DNA of 64,000 bases, from contig CAXXLQ010000004.1 in the NCBI GenBank assembly GCA_963668695.2, forward strand, positions 3,392,001-3,456,000. The letters are read 5' to 3'. A program made the translations under genes and the position numbers. Of this stretch, positions 39,455 through 47,791 are shown one piece after another. The notes below the pieces were generated by a model, which saw nothing but the letters and a program-made list of their open reading frames with translations, made no database searches and was not told the origin of the DNA. The stretch is from Vicinamibacteria bacterium. Lineage in GTDB: Bacteria > Acidobacteriota > Vicinamibacteria > Marinacidobacterales > Marinacidobacteraceae. How positions within the stretch are numbered: the stretch's first letter is position 1; each line of letters opens with the position of its first letter.

Positions 39455-39886
39455 ATGCGGTACCTGCTCGACACCAACGCCTGCATCGCCCTGCTGAACC
39501 GAAGCGATCCCGGTCTGGAAGCGCGCGTTCGCCGCCAACGGGTGGCGGACATCGGTCTGCCCGCCCCGGTGGCGTACGAGCTGTACTACGGCGCTTTCAA
39601 GAGTGGCCGCCCGGACGAGAACCTCGCGCGGCTCGACAGCGTCGGGCTGGAAATCGTCCCCTTCGATGCAGCCGACGCCCGATCGGCGGGAGCCGTCCGG
39701 GCCGGACTGGAACGCTCTGGACGCCCGATCGGTCCGTACGACGTCCTCATCGCCGGCCAGGCCCGCGCCAGAGGGTTGGTGCTCATAACAGCCAACATGC
39801 GGGAATTCCTCCGGGTTGACGGCCTGGACTGCGAGGACTGGTCCGACCCGGGGACCGGCAACACCCGCACCACATCCGACCGGTAG
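39455..39886 (+). CDS. vapC: VapC PIN-domain toxin
   Basis: YLLDTN, ELYYGA, GRPIGPYDVLIAGQA, LITANMREFLRVDGL..EDW. Confidence 0.93.
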   Translation: MRYLLDTNACIALLNRSDPGLEARVRRQRVADIGLPAPVAYELYYGAFKSGRPDENLARLDSVGLEIVPFDAADARSAGAVRAGLERSGRPIGPYDVLIAGQARARGLVLITANMREFLRVDGLDCEDWSDPGTGNTRTTSDR

Positions 39887-39931
39887 CCCGCCCGCCTCCG
39901 GCGAGCGGTGCCGGTGTGAAGACGGCGGTCC

Positions 39932-40663
39932 CTACCCCTGGAACAAGGAGGGCTGCCCGCGGAGTTCGCGGATGACGTCCCAGTTCCAGCTCAGGCGGGT
40001 TTCGGCCGGCAGCCTGCCGGTCCGGTGGTGGTAGGAACGGAGAAAGCGCTCGGTGGCCGCGTTGACGTAGCCGCCTCCCCTTACTTCTCCGTACTCGGCG
40101 ACGTAGTTCTCCATGATGGTTTCGAGCAGCGCATCCCGGCGGTCTTTCGCGATCACGCTCGCGGCAGCAACCGCCACGTGATGCGACTCGCCGTCGTCCA
40201 TCGCCTCCAGGTGGGGATAGCGCTGGCGAAGCGCTTCGAAGAGCCGGCGCCCGTCGGCCACCACGCGGCGGACCGGACCGGCTTCTCTCAGGATTTCATC
40301 GGCGGCCCGCCGTTCGAGGACGTTGAGGTCCCCGGCCTCGGCGTAGCGGTCCACCTCGGCGGCATCCAGCACCCGGACGCCGATGCACTCGGCGAGCCGC
40401 TCGATGTGCGAAGTCAGCGCGCGTCGATGGGTGCGGGCGGCGTCTCCCGCTCCGAACTGTTTGGAGTCGCGGACCCCCAGCCGGGTGAGGGCTCCGGCCT
40501 TCAGGGGATCGAGCGCGACGCCCGCCACCACCATCGGTCCGAGCGCCGCGCCCCGCCCCGCCTCGTCGAGGCCCAGCACCCAGCGATCCCGACGGGCGGG
40601 CTGCGAGTCAGGAGGCATGAACTGCGGAGCGGGATATCCCCGGGTGGGTTCTTGCGGCCTCAC
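39932..40663 (-). CDS. rnhB: Ribonuclease HII
   Basis: GLDEAGRG..LGPMVV, VRDSK, VAAASVIAK..RD. Start may be the later Met (MPPDSQ). Confidence 0.88.
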   Translation of the reverse strand: MRPQEPTRGYPAPQFMPPDSQPARRDRWVLGLDEAGRGAALGPMVVAGVALDPLKAGALTRLGVRDSKQFGAGDAARTHRRALTSHIERLAECIGVRVLDAAEVDRYAEAGDLNVLERRAADEILREAGPVRRVVADGRRLFEALRQRYPHLEAMDDGESHHVAVAAASVIAKDRRDALLETIMENYVAEYGEVRGGGYVNAATERFLRSYHHRTGRLPAETRLSWNWDVIRELRGQPSLFQG

Positions 40664-40698
40664 GGACCCGCCAGCCGGAATAGAGTTCCTTACGTAGC

Positions 40699-42174
40699 AT
40701 GAAGCATCAGCGCATCAGATTTCCGCGTGGCGAGGGCCGCTACAACGTTGTAATCATCGGGGCGGGCACGGCCGGTCTCGTGACCGCCGCGGGCACCGCG
40801 GGACTCGGAGGACGGGTTGCTCTGGTGGAGGCCGCCAAAATGGGTGGTGATTGTCTCAATTACGGGTGCGTTCCTTCCAAGGCGCTCGTTTCCACCTCGA
40901 AACTGATCCAGGGCATCCGCGACGCCGAATCCCACGGGCTCGACGCCATGGAGCCTCGTTTCCGGTTCGAGCGGGTCTTCGAGCACATGCGCGAACGCCG
41001 CGCCCAGATCGCTCCCAACGATTCCGTGGAGCGGTTCACCGGGCTCGGAGTGGACGTCTTTGAGGCGCGCGCCCGGTTCGCGAGCCCGCACGAAGTGGAA
41101 CTCGACGACGGAACCCGCCTCGAAGGCGCCCATTTCGTGATCGCCACGGGCACGAAGCCCTTCGTGCCGCCGATCCCTGGCCTCGAAGGCGTCCCCTTCC
41201 TCACCAACGAGACCTTCTTCGACGAGCAGGAGAATGCGCCGGAATCGCTGATCGTGCTCGGCGGCGGACCCATCGGTTGCGAGATGGGTCAGGTGATGAG
41301 CCGGCTCGGAGTCCGGGTCACCATCCTCACCGACGTCCGCCGCCTTCTCCCCCGCGACGACCACGAGGCCTCCGCGGTCGTGCACGACGCCTTCACCGAA
41401 GAAGGCATCGAAATCGTCACCGGGTGCCGGGTGGGCTCCTTCCGGCAGGAGGCGAGCGGCGCGATCACCGCGGAGATGGACGGCGACTGCGGGCCGCGGA
41501 CCGTCACCGCATCCCGGGTGCTGGTCGCCACCGGCCGCTCGCCGAACGTAGCGAACCTCGGGCTCGAGGCCGCCGGAGTGCGCTACGACGCCCGCGGCGG
41601 CGTTCCGGCGGACGCTTCGCTGCGCACGAACGTCCGCCACATCTACGCCTGCGGCGACGTGACCGGCCCATACCGTTTCACCCACACCGCCGACTACCAG
41701 GCGCGGCTCGTAGTGCGGAACATCCTCCTCCCCGCTCCCCTGCCCCGGGCGAAGGCCGACTACCGCTACGTCCCCTGGGTCACCTACGTGGACCCCGAGG
41801 TCGCTCACTTCGGCCTCCGCGAGGAGGACGCCGGCTCGCAGGGCATCGCGGTGGACGTCCACCGGCACCAGAACGACGATCTCGATCGCGCGATCACCGA
41901 ATCGGCGACGCGGGGCTTCGTGAAGGTCCTGACCCGGAAGGGAAAGGACGAAATCCTCGGCGCCACCGTCTGCGCGCCCCGGGCGGGCGAAGTCCTCCAC
42001 GAAATCATGGTCGCCGCGAAGCACGGAGTGGGCCTCGCGGCGCTTTCCTCGACCATCCACGGCTATCCCACCTGGGCGCAGGCCGCTCAGCGGGTGGCGG
42101 ACGCCTACCAGCGCACGCGGCTCACTCCCCGCGCGAAAGCCATCTTCGAGTGGCTCTACCGGAGGCGGCGATGA
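40699..42174 (+). CDS. Pyridine nucleotide-disulfide oxidoreductase (mercuric reductase/Lpd-like family)
   Basis: GAGTAG, GGDCLNYGCVPSK redox disulfide, GGGPIG, FTHTA, IHGYPT; lacks the MerA C-terminal Cys pair. Confidence 0.9.
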   Translation: MKHQRIRFPRGEGRYNVVIIGAGTAGLVTAAGTAGLGGRVALVEAAKMGGDCLNYGCVPSKALVSTSKLIQGIRDAESHGLDAMEPRFRFERVFEHMRERRAQIAPNDSVERFTGLGVDVFEARARFASPHEVELDDGTRLEGAHFVIATGTKPFVPPIPGLEGVPFLTNETFFDEQENAPESLIVLGGGPIGCEMGQVMSRLGVRVTILTDVRRLLPRDDHEASAVVHDAFTEEGIEIVTGCRVGSFRQEASGAITAEMDGDCGPRTVTASRVLVATGRSPNVANLGLEAAGVRYDARGGVPADASLRTNVRHIYACGDVTGPYRFTHTADYQARLVVRNILLPAPLPRAKADYRYVPWVTYVDPEVAHFGLREEDAGSQGIAVDVHRHQNDDLDRAITESATRGFVKVLTRKGKDEILGATVCAPRAGEVLHEIMVAAKHGVGLAALSSTIHGYPTWAQAAQRVADAYQRTRLTPRAKAIFEWLYRRRR

Positions 42175-42848
42175 GCAAAACCCTCAAGTTAGGCGCGATC
42201 CTCGTCCTGATCGTGGCCCTCGTGGTGATCTTCCCGTTCGGCGAGTGGATCCAGGCAGGAGCCGAATGGGCCCGGGGACAGGGCACTCTGGGTCTGGTGG
42301 TGTTCGCGGCGCTCTACGCAGTCGCCACGGTGTTCGCGGTCCCGGGATCGGCGCTGACGCTGATCGCCGGAGGCGCCTTCGGCGTCGCCTCCGGGACGGT
42401 CGCGGTCTGGTTCGGGGCCACGGCAGGACTCGCGCTCGGCTTCCTCGTCGCCCGGGGGCTGGCCCGGGACCGGGTCGCCCGGTGGCTCTCGACCAAACCG
42501 TCCTTCGCCGCCGTGGACCGGGCGGTGGCCGCCGAGGGCTGGAAGATCGTCTTCCTCACCCGCCTCACGCCGGTCTTCCCCTTCACCGTCCTGAACTACG
42601 CCTACGGGCTGACCGGGGTGGGTTTTGCCAGCTACCTGATCGCGTCGGCGATCGGGATTCTTCCCGGAACCCTGCTCTACATCTATCTCGGGAGCAGCGT
42701 CGCCCGCACCGTCTCCGGCGAATCGGACCCTCTGGAACTGCTGTTCCGGGGACTGGGGCTGGCCGCCTTCGTGGTGGTCACGATCCTGATCACCCGGACC
42801 GCCCGGCGGGCGCTCCGGGAAGCCGGGGTGGGGTCCGACAAATCCTGA
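42171..42848 (+). CDS. TVP38/TMEM64 (DedA/VTT) membrane protein
   Basis: VPGSALTLIAGGAFG, LTRLTPVFPFTVLNYAYGLT, GILPGT; ATGA-coupled. Confidence 0.9.
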   Translation: MSKTLKLGAILVLIVALVVIFPFGEWIQAGAEWARGQGTLGLVVFAALYAVATVFAVPGSALTLIAGGAFGVASGTVAVWFGATAGLALGFLVARGLARDRVARWLSTKPSFAAVDRAVAAEGWKIVFLTRLTPVFPFTVLNYAYGLTGVGFASYLIASAIGILPGTLLYIYLGSSVARTVSGESDPLELLFRGLGLAAFVVVTILITRTARRALREAGVGSDKS

Positions 42849-42852
42849 GGAC

Positions 42853-45612
42853 ATGACCATCCGGAACCGCCTGCTGCTCGCGACCGCGGCGGTTCTTCTC
42901 GTCAACTCGGGGTACCTCATCGCCGCCCAAGGGGCGAATCTCTTCCACGCGGCGCAGATCCTGCTGCACCCGGTGCTCGGCATCGCGGCGCTGAAGCTGA
43001 TGCTCTGGTGCTGGAAGAGCGTCGGCCCGGCGCTCCGCCGCGATCCGCTTCGCAGCTGGTTCTGGATCTCCGGGAGCCTTTTGGCACTTACCGGTGCCGG
43101 GCTCTTCATCTTCGGATCCGCACCCGCGACCCGGCCCCTGCTCTACGCGCACCTGGCCAGCGCCGCCGGGTTCACGGTTCTCCTCGTCTCGCGGCGCGTG
43201 CTTCTCGCCCCGCTCCTGCTGGCAGCGGCGATTCCCGTCGGGGCGCTCCTCCGGCCGGTGCTACCCGATCGCGGACCGGTGCTGAACGCCGGCCTGCCCC
43301 CTGCAACCATGGCCGGCGAGGCGATGGGCGGCACGGACGGGCCGTTTTTCCCCTCGTCGGCGGAGACGGAGCACGGCGGGCTCATCCCCGAGGAGTTCTT
43401 CCTCGAGAGCGACAAGTGCGGCCGCTGCCACGGCGACATCACCCACCAGTGGAGCGAGTCCGCCCACCGCTTCGCCTCCTTCAACAACCCCTGGTACCGG
43501 CGCTCCATCGAGTACATGCAAAGCGTGGTGGGGGTGACGCCCTCCAAGTGGTGCGCCGGCTGCCATGACCCCGCGTTGCTCTTCAGCGGCCAGATGGATC
43601 GGCCGGTCGCCGAGATCGTGGACCGCCCCTCCGCGAGCGCCGGACTCGGCTGCGTTTCCTGCCACGCGATCACCCGGGTGAAGGACACCATGGGGAACGC
43701 CGGCTTCGTCATCGAATACCCCGAGATGCACGACCTCGCGGCTTCCGAAGACCCGCTGATCCGGACGCTCCACGATCTCGTGCTCCACCTCGACCCCGAA
43801 CCGCACCGGCAGGCGTTCCTGAGACCGCTCCACACCGGCGACAGCTCGGCGTTCTGCTCCACCTGCCACAAGGTGCATCTGGACCAACCCGTCAACGATT
43901 ACCGCTGGCTCCGGGGTTTCAACAGCTACGACAACTGGCAGGCGAGCGGGGTCTCGGGAGACGGCGCGCGCTCGTTTTACTACCCCGAGACTCCGAAGAC
44001 CTGCGCCGACTGCCACATGCCGCCGGTCGCCGGAGAGGACCCGGCGGCGCGGAACGGCCTGCTCCGCTCGCACCGCTTCGCCGCCGCAAACACCGCGCTC
44101 CCGACCCACTTCGGGCTCGACGAGCAGCTCCAGGCCGTTCGGGATTTCCTGCGCGCCGGACAGGTGACGGTGGACATCTTCGGTCTCGTGCGCGACGACG
44201 AGGGGGAAGCGGCGGGGTCGGAAACCCTCCCCGGCGGCGCCGACCCGCTGGCGCTCGCCTCCACCTTCGCGGTCGGCGAGGAAGCGGCAACGCCTGCCGG
44301 ACGTTATGCCCCTTCGGGGCCGCTCGGCGAGTTGAGCGCGCCGCTTGACGAGGCGCTTCCAGCGCTCGTCCCGGGCGAGACGGTGCGGGTGGATGTGGTG
44401 GTGCGGACCCGCAACGTCGGCCACTTCTTCCCGAGCGGCACGATCGATGCCCAGGAGGTCTGGCTCGAGTTCCGCGCCGAGGACGCTGCCGGGCGACCCT
44501 TCTTCTGGAGCGGGTTCACCGGTGAGGCCGGCGAGGCGGCGGACGCCCCGGTGGACGGTTCCGCCCACTTCCTGCGTTCGCTGCTCCTCGACGCCCACGG
44601 CAACCCGATCAACAAACGAAACGCCTGGTCGGCGCGGAGCGTGCTCTACGTCTCCGTGATTCCTCCGGGCGCCGCCCACACCGTGCGCTACCGGCTGCGG
44701 GTTCCCGAAGAAGTCGAGGGGCCGGTGACCCTCACCGCCCGGCTCAACTACCGGAAGTTCGACTGGTGGCACACCCAGTGGACCTTCCGGGGCGAACTCG
44801 ACGAAAGCGGCGAGGTCGCGTCCGCCTACGACGACCGGGCGGTCCACTTCGACGAGGCAGTCCCGGTCCCGGATGTGCCGATCGTCGAGATGGCGGTGGC
44901 CTCGCTACGGCTCCCCGTGGCTGCCGAAGCCTCCCCCGCATCCGTAGCCGCCCCGGGCGATCTCGCCCGGGCGCTTCGCTTCAACGACTACGGCATCGGG
45001 ATGCTGCTCCAGGGCGATCTCCGAGCCGCCGAAGCGGCCTTTTCCACGGTGGCCCGGCTCGCTCCCGAGTACGCAGACGCTCCGGTGAACATCGCGCGCG
45101 TCCGCCTGCGGGAGGGGGATCCCGAAGGGGCCCTCGAAGCGCTCGAAACGGCGCTCGGGCTCGCCCCGGCGCTCCCCCGCGCCCTCTTCTTCCGGGCGAT
45201 GGCGCTGAAGGCGCTCGGCCGCTACGACGAGGCGCTCGCCGACCTGCGGGCGGTGCAGGAGACGTATCCCCGGGACCGGGTCGCGAACAACCAGGTCGGC
45301 CGGCTGCTCTTCCTGAGGCGCGAGTACGCCGAGGCGGTCTCCGTGCTCGAGAAGACGCTGGCCATCGATCCCGAGGATCTCGAGGCCCACTACAACCTGA
45401 TGCTCGCCTCGCAGGGACTTCGGGACGCCGAGCGCGCGGCCCGTCACCGCGAGCTCTATCTGCGCTTCAAGGCCGACGAGGCCTCGCAGTTCGTGACCGG
45501 GGAGTACCGCCGGACCCACCCGGAAGACAACAACGAGCGTCTCCCCATCCACGAACATCGAAACGGGCTTGGCCCGCTAGTACCCCTGCACGAGGAGCGG
45601 CGCGGCAGGTAG
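42853..45612 (+). CDS. Membrane-anchored pentaheme cytochrome c with C-terminal TPR repeats
   Basis: N-terminal TM helices; CGRCH, CAGCH, CVSCH, CSTCH, CADCH; GHFFPSG; TPR helices. Confidence 0.85.
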   Translation: MTIRNRLLLATAAVLLVNSGYLIAAQGANLFHAAQILLHPVLGIAALKLMLWCWKSVGPALRRDPLRSWFWISGSLLALTGAGLFIFGSAPATRPLLYAHLASAAGFTVLLVSRRVLLAPLLLAAAIPVGALLRPVLPDRGPVLNAGLPPATMAGEAMGGTDGPFFPSSAETEHGGLIPEEFFLESDKCGRCHGDITHQWSESAHRFASFNNPWYRRSIEYMQSVVGVTPSKWCAGCHDPALLFSGQMDRPVAEIVDRPSASAGLGCVSCHAITRVKDTMGNAGFVIEYPEMHDLAASEDPLIRTLHDLVLHLDPEPHRQAFLRPLHTGDSSAFCSTCHKVHLDQPVNDYRWLRGFNSYDNWQASGVSGDGARSFYYPETPKTCADCHMPPVAGEDPAARNGLLRSHRFAAANTALPTHFGLDEQLQAVRDFLRAGQVTVDIFGLVRDDEGEAAGSETLPGGADPLALASTFAVGEEAATPAGRYAPSGPLGELSAPLDEALPALVPGETVRVDVVVRTRNVGHFFPSGTIDAQEVWLEFRAEDAAGRPFFWSGFTGEAGEAADAPVDGSAHFLRSLLLDAHGNPINKRNAWSARSVLYVSVIPPGAAHTVRYRLRVPEEVEGPVTLTARLNYRKFDWWHTQWTFRGELDESGEVASAYDDRAVHFDEAVPVPDVPIVEMAVASLRLPVAAEASPASVAAPGDLARALRFNDYGIGMLLQGDLRAAEAAFSTVARLAPEYADAPVNIARVRLREGDPEGALEALETALGLAPALPRALFFRAMALKALGRYDEALADLRAVQETYPRDRVANNQVGRLLFLRREYAEAVSVLEKTLAIDPEDLEAHYNLMLASQGLRDAERAARHRELYLRFKADEASQFVTGEYRRTHPEDNNERLPIHEHRNGLGPLVPLHEERRGR

Positions 45613-45851
45613 GGGAGCGCCGACCTCCGGTCGGCATGGTGGTGCGCAGGCACAGGAACGCCGACTCTGGTCGGCACAGCCCGCCGGAGGCGGGCGAGAG
45701 GCGCACTGCTGCTGTCGCCCATGGCGCAGACCGGGGTAAGTGTCACCGCGCACATTCGCGGAGTACGGGGGTCGCGCCATCCAGGCACCGGGCGACTCTC
45801 CTCTCGCGGCCCTGTCGGGCCGCGGTGCCGACCAGAGGTCCCGGCGTTCCC
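45612..45851. repeat. REPIN-like element with inverted REP ends
   Basis: GGGAGCGCCGACCTCCGGTCGGCA and GGAACGCCGACTCTGGTCGGCAC at left, GTGCCGACCAGAGGTCCCGGCGTTCC at right; related to 33932 and 4030 elements. Confidence 0.65.
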
Positions 45852-45954
45852 TGACCGGCGCGCCATCACACCGACCAGATGACGGCGCGGCATCCGGAGA
45901 ACGGGCGTCTTCTGGACCGAGGGGGATGAGATGTCCGGGCTAGGATTTGTCGTC

Positions 45955-46068
45955 ATGTCCGTTGAGATTGCCCGAGTCGAAGACCCCGACGAGTATCTGT
46001 GCGCTGTCGAGGACACGATGCACGAGTGGAATTCGAAGGAAGACGAGATCGCCTGGCGTGACCTTTGA
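45955..46068 (+). pseudogene. Remnant of an AbrB/MazE-type antitoxin C-terminus plus the first codons of a PemK/MazF toxin
   Basis: MSVEIARVEDPDEYLCAVEDTMHEWNSKEDEIAWRDL* with overlapping GTG ACC TTT GAT (MTFD); resembles EW.S.EDE.AYRDL / MTF TA junctions. Confidence 0.55.
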
Positions 46069-46126
46069 TGCGCGGGAAGTCGGGCGAGGACCACCACGGA
46101 ACTCGCCGTCTTGGCGGGGTGACGCC

Positions 46127-47791
46127 GTGGGATCGGGAGCTATCAGGCGCGCTGGGACGCTGCTCGCCGCGTTCGCCCTCGCTGGAACCGGAGCCGCGCA
46201 GGAGACGCGCTTCGTCGAGGTGACGGAGGCGGCCGGGATCCGCTTCGTCCACGAGAACGGAGCCTTCGGCGAGAAGTACCTCCCGGAGACGATGGGCAGC
46301 GGGGTGGCTTTCTTCGACGCCGACGGCGACGCCGACCAGGACCTCCTCTTCGTGAACAGCCGGCGCTGGCCCGGACACCGCAGCGCTCCCGAACCCACCG
46401 CGGCGCTCTACCGGAACCGCGGCGACGGAACCTTCGAGGACGCGACCGCCGGCTCGGGGCTCGACACCCCGTTCTACGGCATCGGGGCGGCCATCGCCGA
46501 CTACGACGCCGACGGGGACCAGGACATCTATCTGACCGCGCTCGGGCCGAACCGCCTGCTGGAAAACACCGGCGACGGGGTTTTTCGGGAAGCCCCGCAT
46601 GCGGCGTCGGTCGCCCATCCGGGCTTTTCGAGCGGCGCCACCTGGTTCGACGCCGACGGCGACGGGGACCTCGACCTCTTCCTCCTCAACTACGTGGAGT
46701 GGTCCATCGAGGAGGACATCTTCTGCGCCCTCGACGGCGTCAACAAGAGCTACTGCACCCCGGAGTCGTATAACGGGGCAAGCGCCGTCCTCTACCGGAA
46801 CGACGGACCTGAAGGCTTCACCGACGTCACCCAGGCGGCCGGCCTCTTCAACCCGCGTGGCAAGGGCCTCGGGGTGGCGGTTCTCGACTTCGACGGCGAC
46901 GGGTTCTCCGACCTGGCAGTGGCGAACGACACCCAGCCCAACTACCTCTACCGGAACCTCGGAGACGGCCGGTTCGAGGACGCCGGGGTGTTCGCCGGCA
47001 TCGCTTTCGCCGAGAACGGCGCCGCCCGCGGGGCCATGGGCATCGACGCTTCCGACTACGACGGCGACGGCCAAACCGACCTCGTCATCGGCAACTTCTC
47101 GAACGAGATGGTCTCGCTCTATCACAACGAAGGAGTCGGTTTCTTCATCGACCAGGCGCCGGTGTCGGAGATCGGGAGGAACAGCCTGCTCACCCTGGCT
47201 TTTGGGGCCTTCTTCTTCGACTACGACCTCGACGGCCGCCAGGACATCTTCGTCGCCAACGGACACGTCGAGAACGACATCGCCGACGTCCAGCAAAGGG
47301 TCGCCTACCGGCAGCCTCCCCATCTGTTCCGAAACCGGGGAGACGGCGGTTTCGACGAGGTGACCGCCGCCTCCCCGGATCTCGCGCGTCCGATGGTGGC
47401 CCGCGGAGCGGCATTCGGCGACATCGACGGCGACGGCGACCCCGACCTGGTCCTCAGCGAGAACGGCGGCCCCGCGCGCCTCTTCCGCAACGACGGAGGG
47501 GAGCGGAACGGCTGGATTGGCTTCCGGCTTCGGGGAGAAAATTCGAACCGGGACGGAATCGGTGCGAAGATCACGCTCGTCATCGAAGATGGCGGGATGA
47601 CCCGCATCGAGACCCGCGTCGTGAAGAGCGCCACCGGCTACGCCTCCCAGAACCAGCTCGCCGCGATCTTCGGCCTGGGACCGGTCGGGCGCGCCGTCTC
47701 CGCGCGCGTGGTCTGGCCTTCGGGCGCCCGGAGCGAAATCGAGGCGCCGGCGATTCGGCAGATGCTCCTCGTGGAGGAACCTCCGTCATGA
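46127..47791 (+). CDS. CRTAC1 family protein (FG-GAP/VCBS repeats plus ASPIC/UnbV domain)
   Basis: ETMGSGVAFFDADGDADQD, repeated DxDGDGxxD, NRDGIGAKI, GYASQ, VVWPSG. Confidence 0.9.
   Translation: MGSGAIRRAGTLLAAFALAGTGAAQETRFVEVTEAAGIRFVHENGAFGEKYLPETMGSGVAFFDADGDADQDLLFVNSRRWPGHRSAPEPTAALYRNRGDGTFEDATAGSGLDTPFYGIGAAIADYDADGDQDIYLTALGPNRLLENTGDGVFREAPHAASVAHPGFSSGATWFDADGDGDLDLFLLNYVEWSIEEDIFCALDGVNKSYCTPESYNGASAVLYRNDGPEGFTDVTQAAGLFNPRGKGLGVAVLDFDGDGFSDLAVANDTQPNYLYRNLGDGRFEDAGVFAGIAFAENGAARGAMGIDASDYDGDGQTDLVIGNFSNEMVSLYHNEGVGFFIDQAPVSEIGRNSLLTLAFGAFFFDYDLDGRQDIFVANGHVENDIADVQQRVAYRQPPHLFRNRGDGGFDEVTAASPDLARPMVARGAAFGDIDGDGDPDLVLSENGGPARLFRNDGGERNGWIGFRLRGENSNRDGIGAKITLVIEDGGMTRIETRVVKSATGYASQNQLAAIFGLGPVGRAVSARVVWPSGARSEIEAPAIRQMLLVEEPPS

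Noticed and set aside
38917-39819. ORFs made of MITE sequence (also 31757-32428, 38273-38770, 25443-25961)
   Set aside because: They are stop-free frames of GC-rich repeats with no transposase motifs or RBS.
40699-42174. Mercury resistance (merA)
   Set aside because: No C-terminal Cys-Cys pair, no NmerA domain and no mer operon genes.
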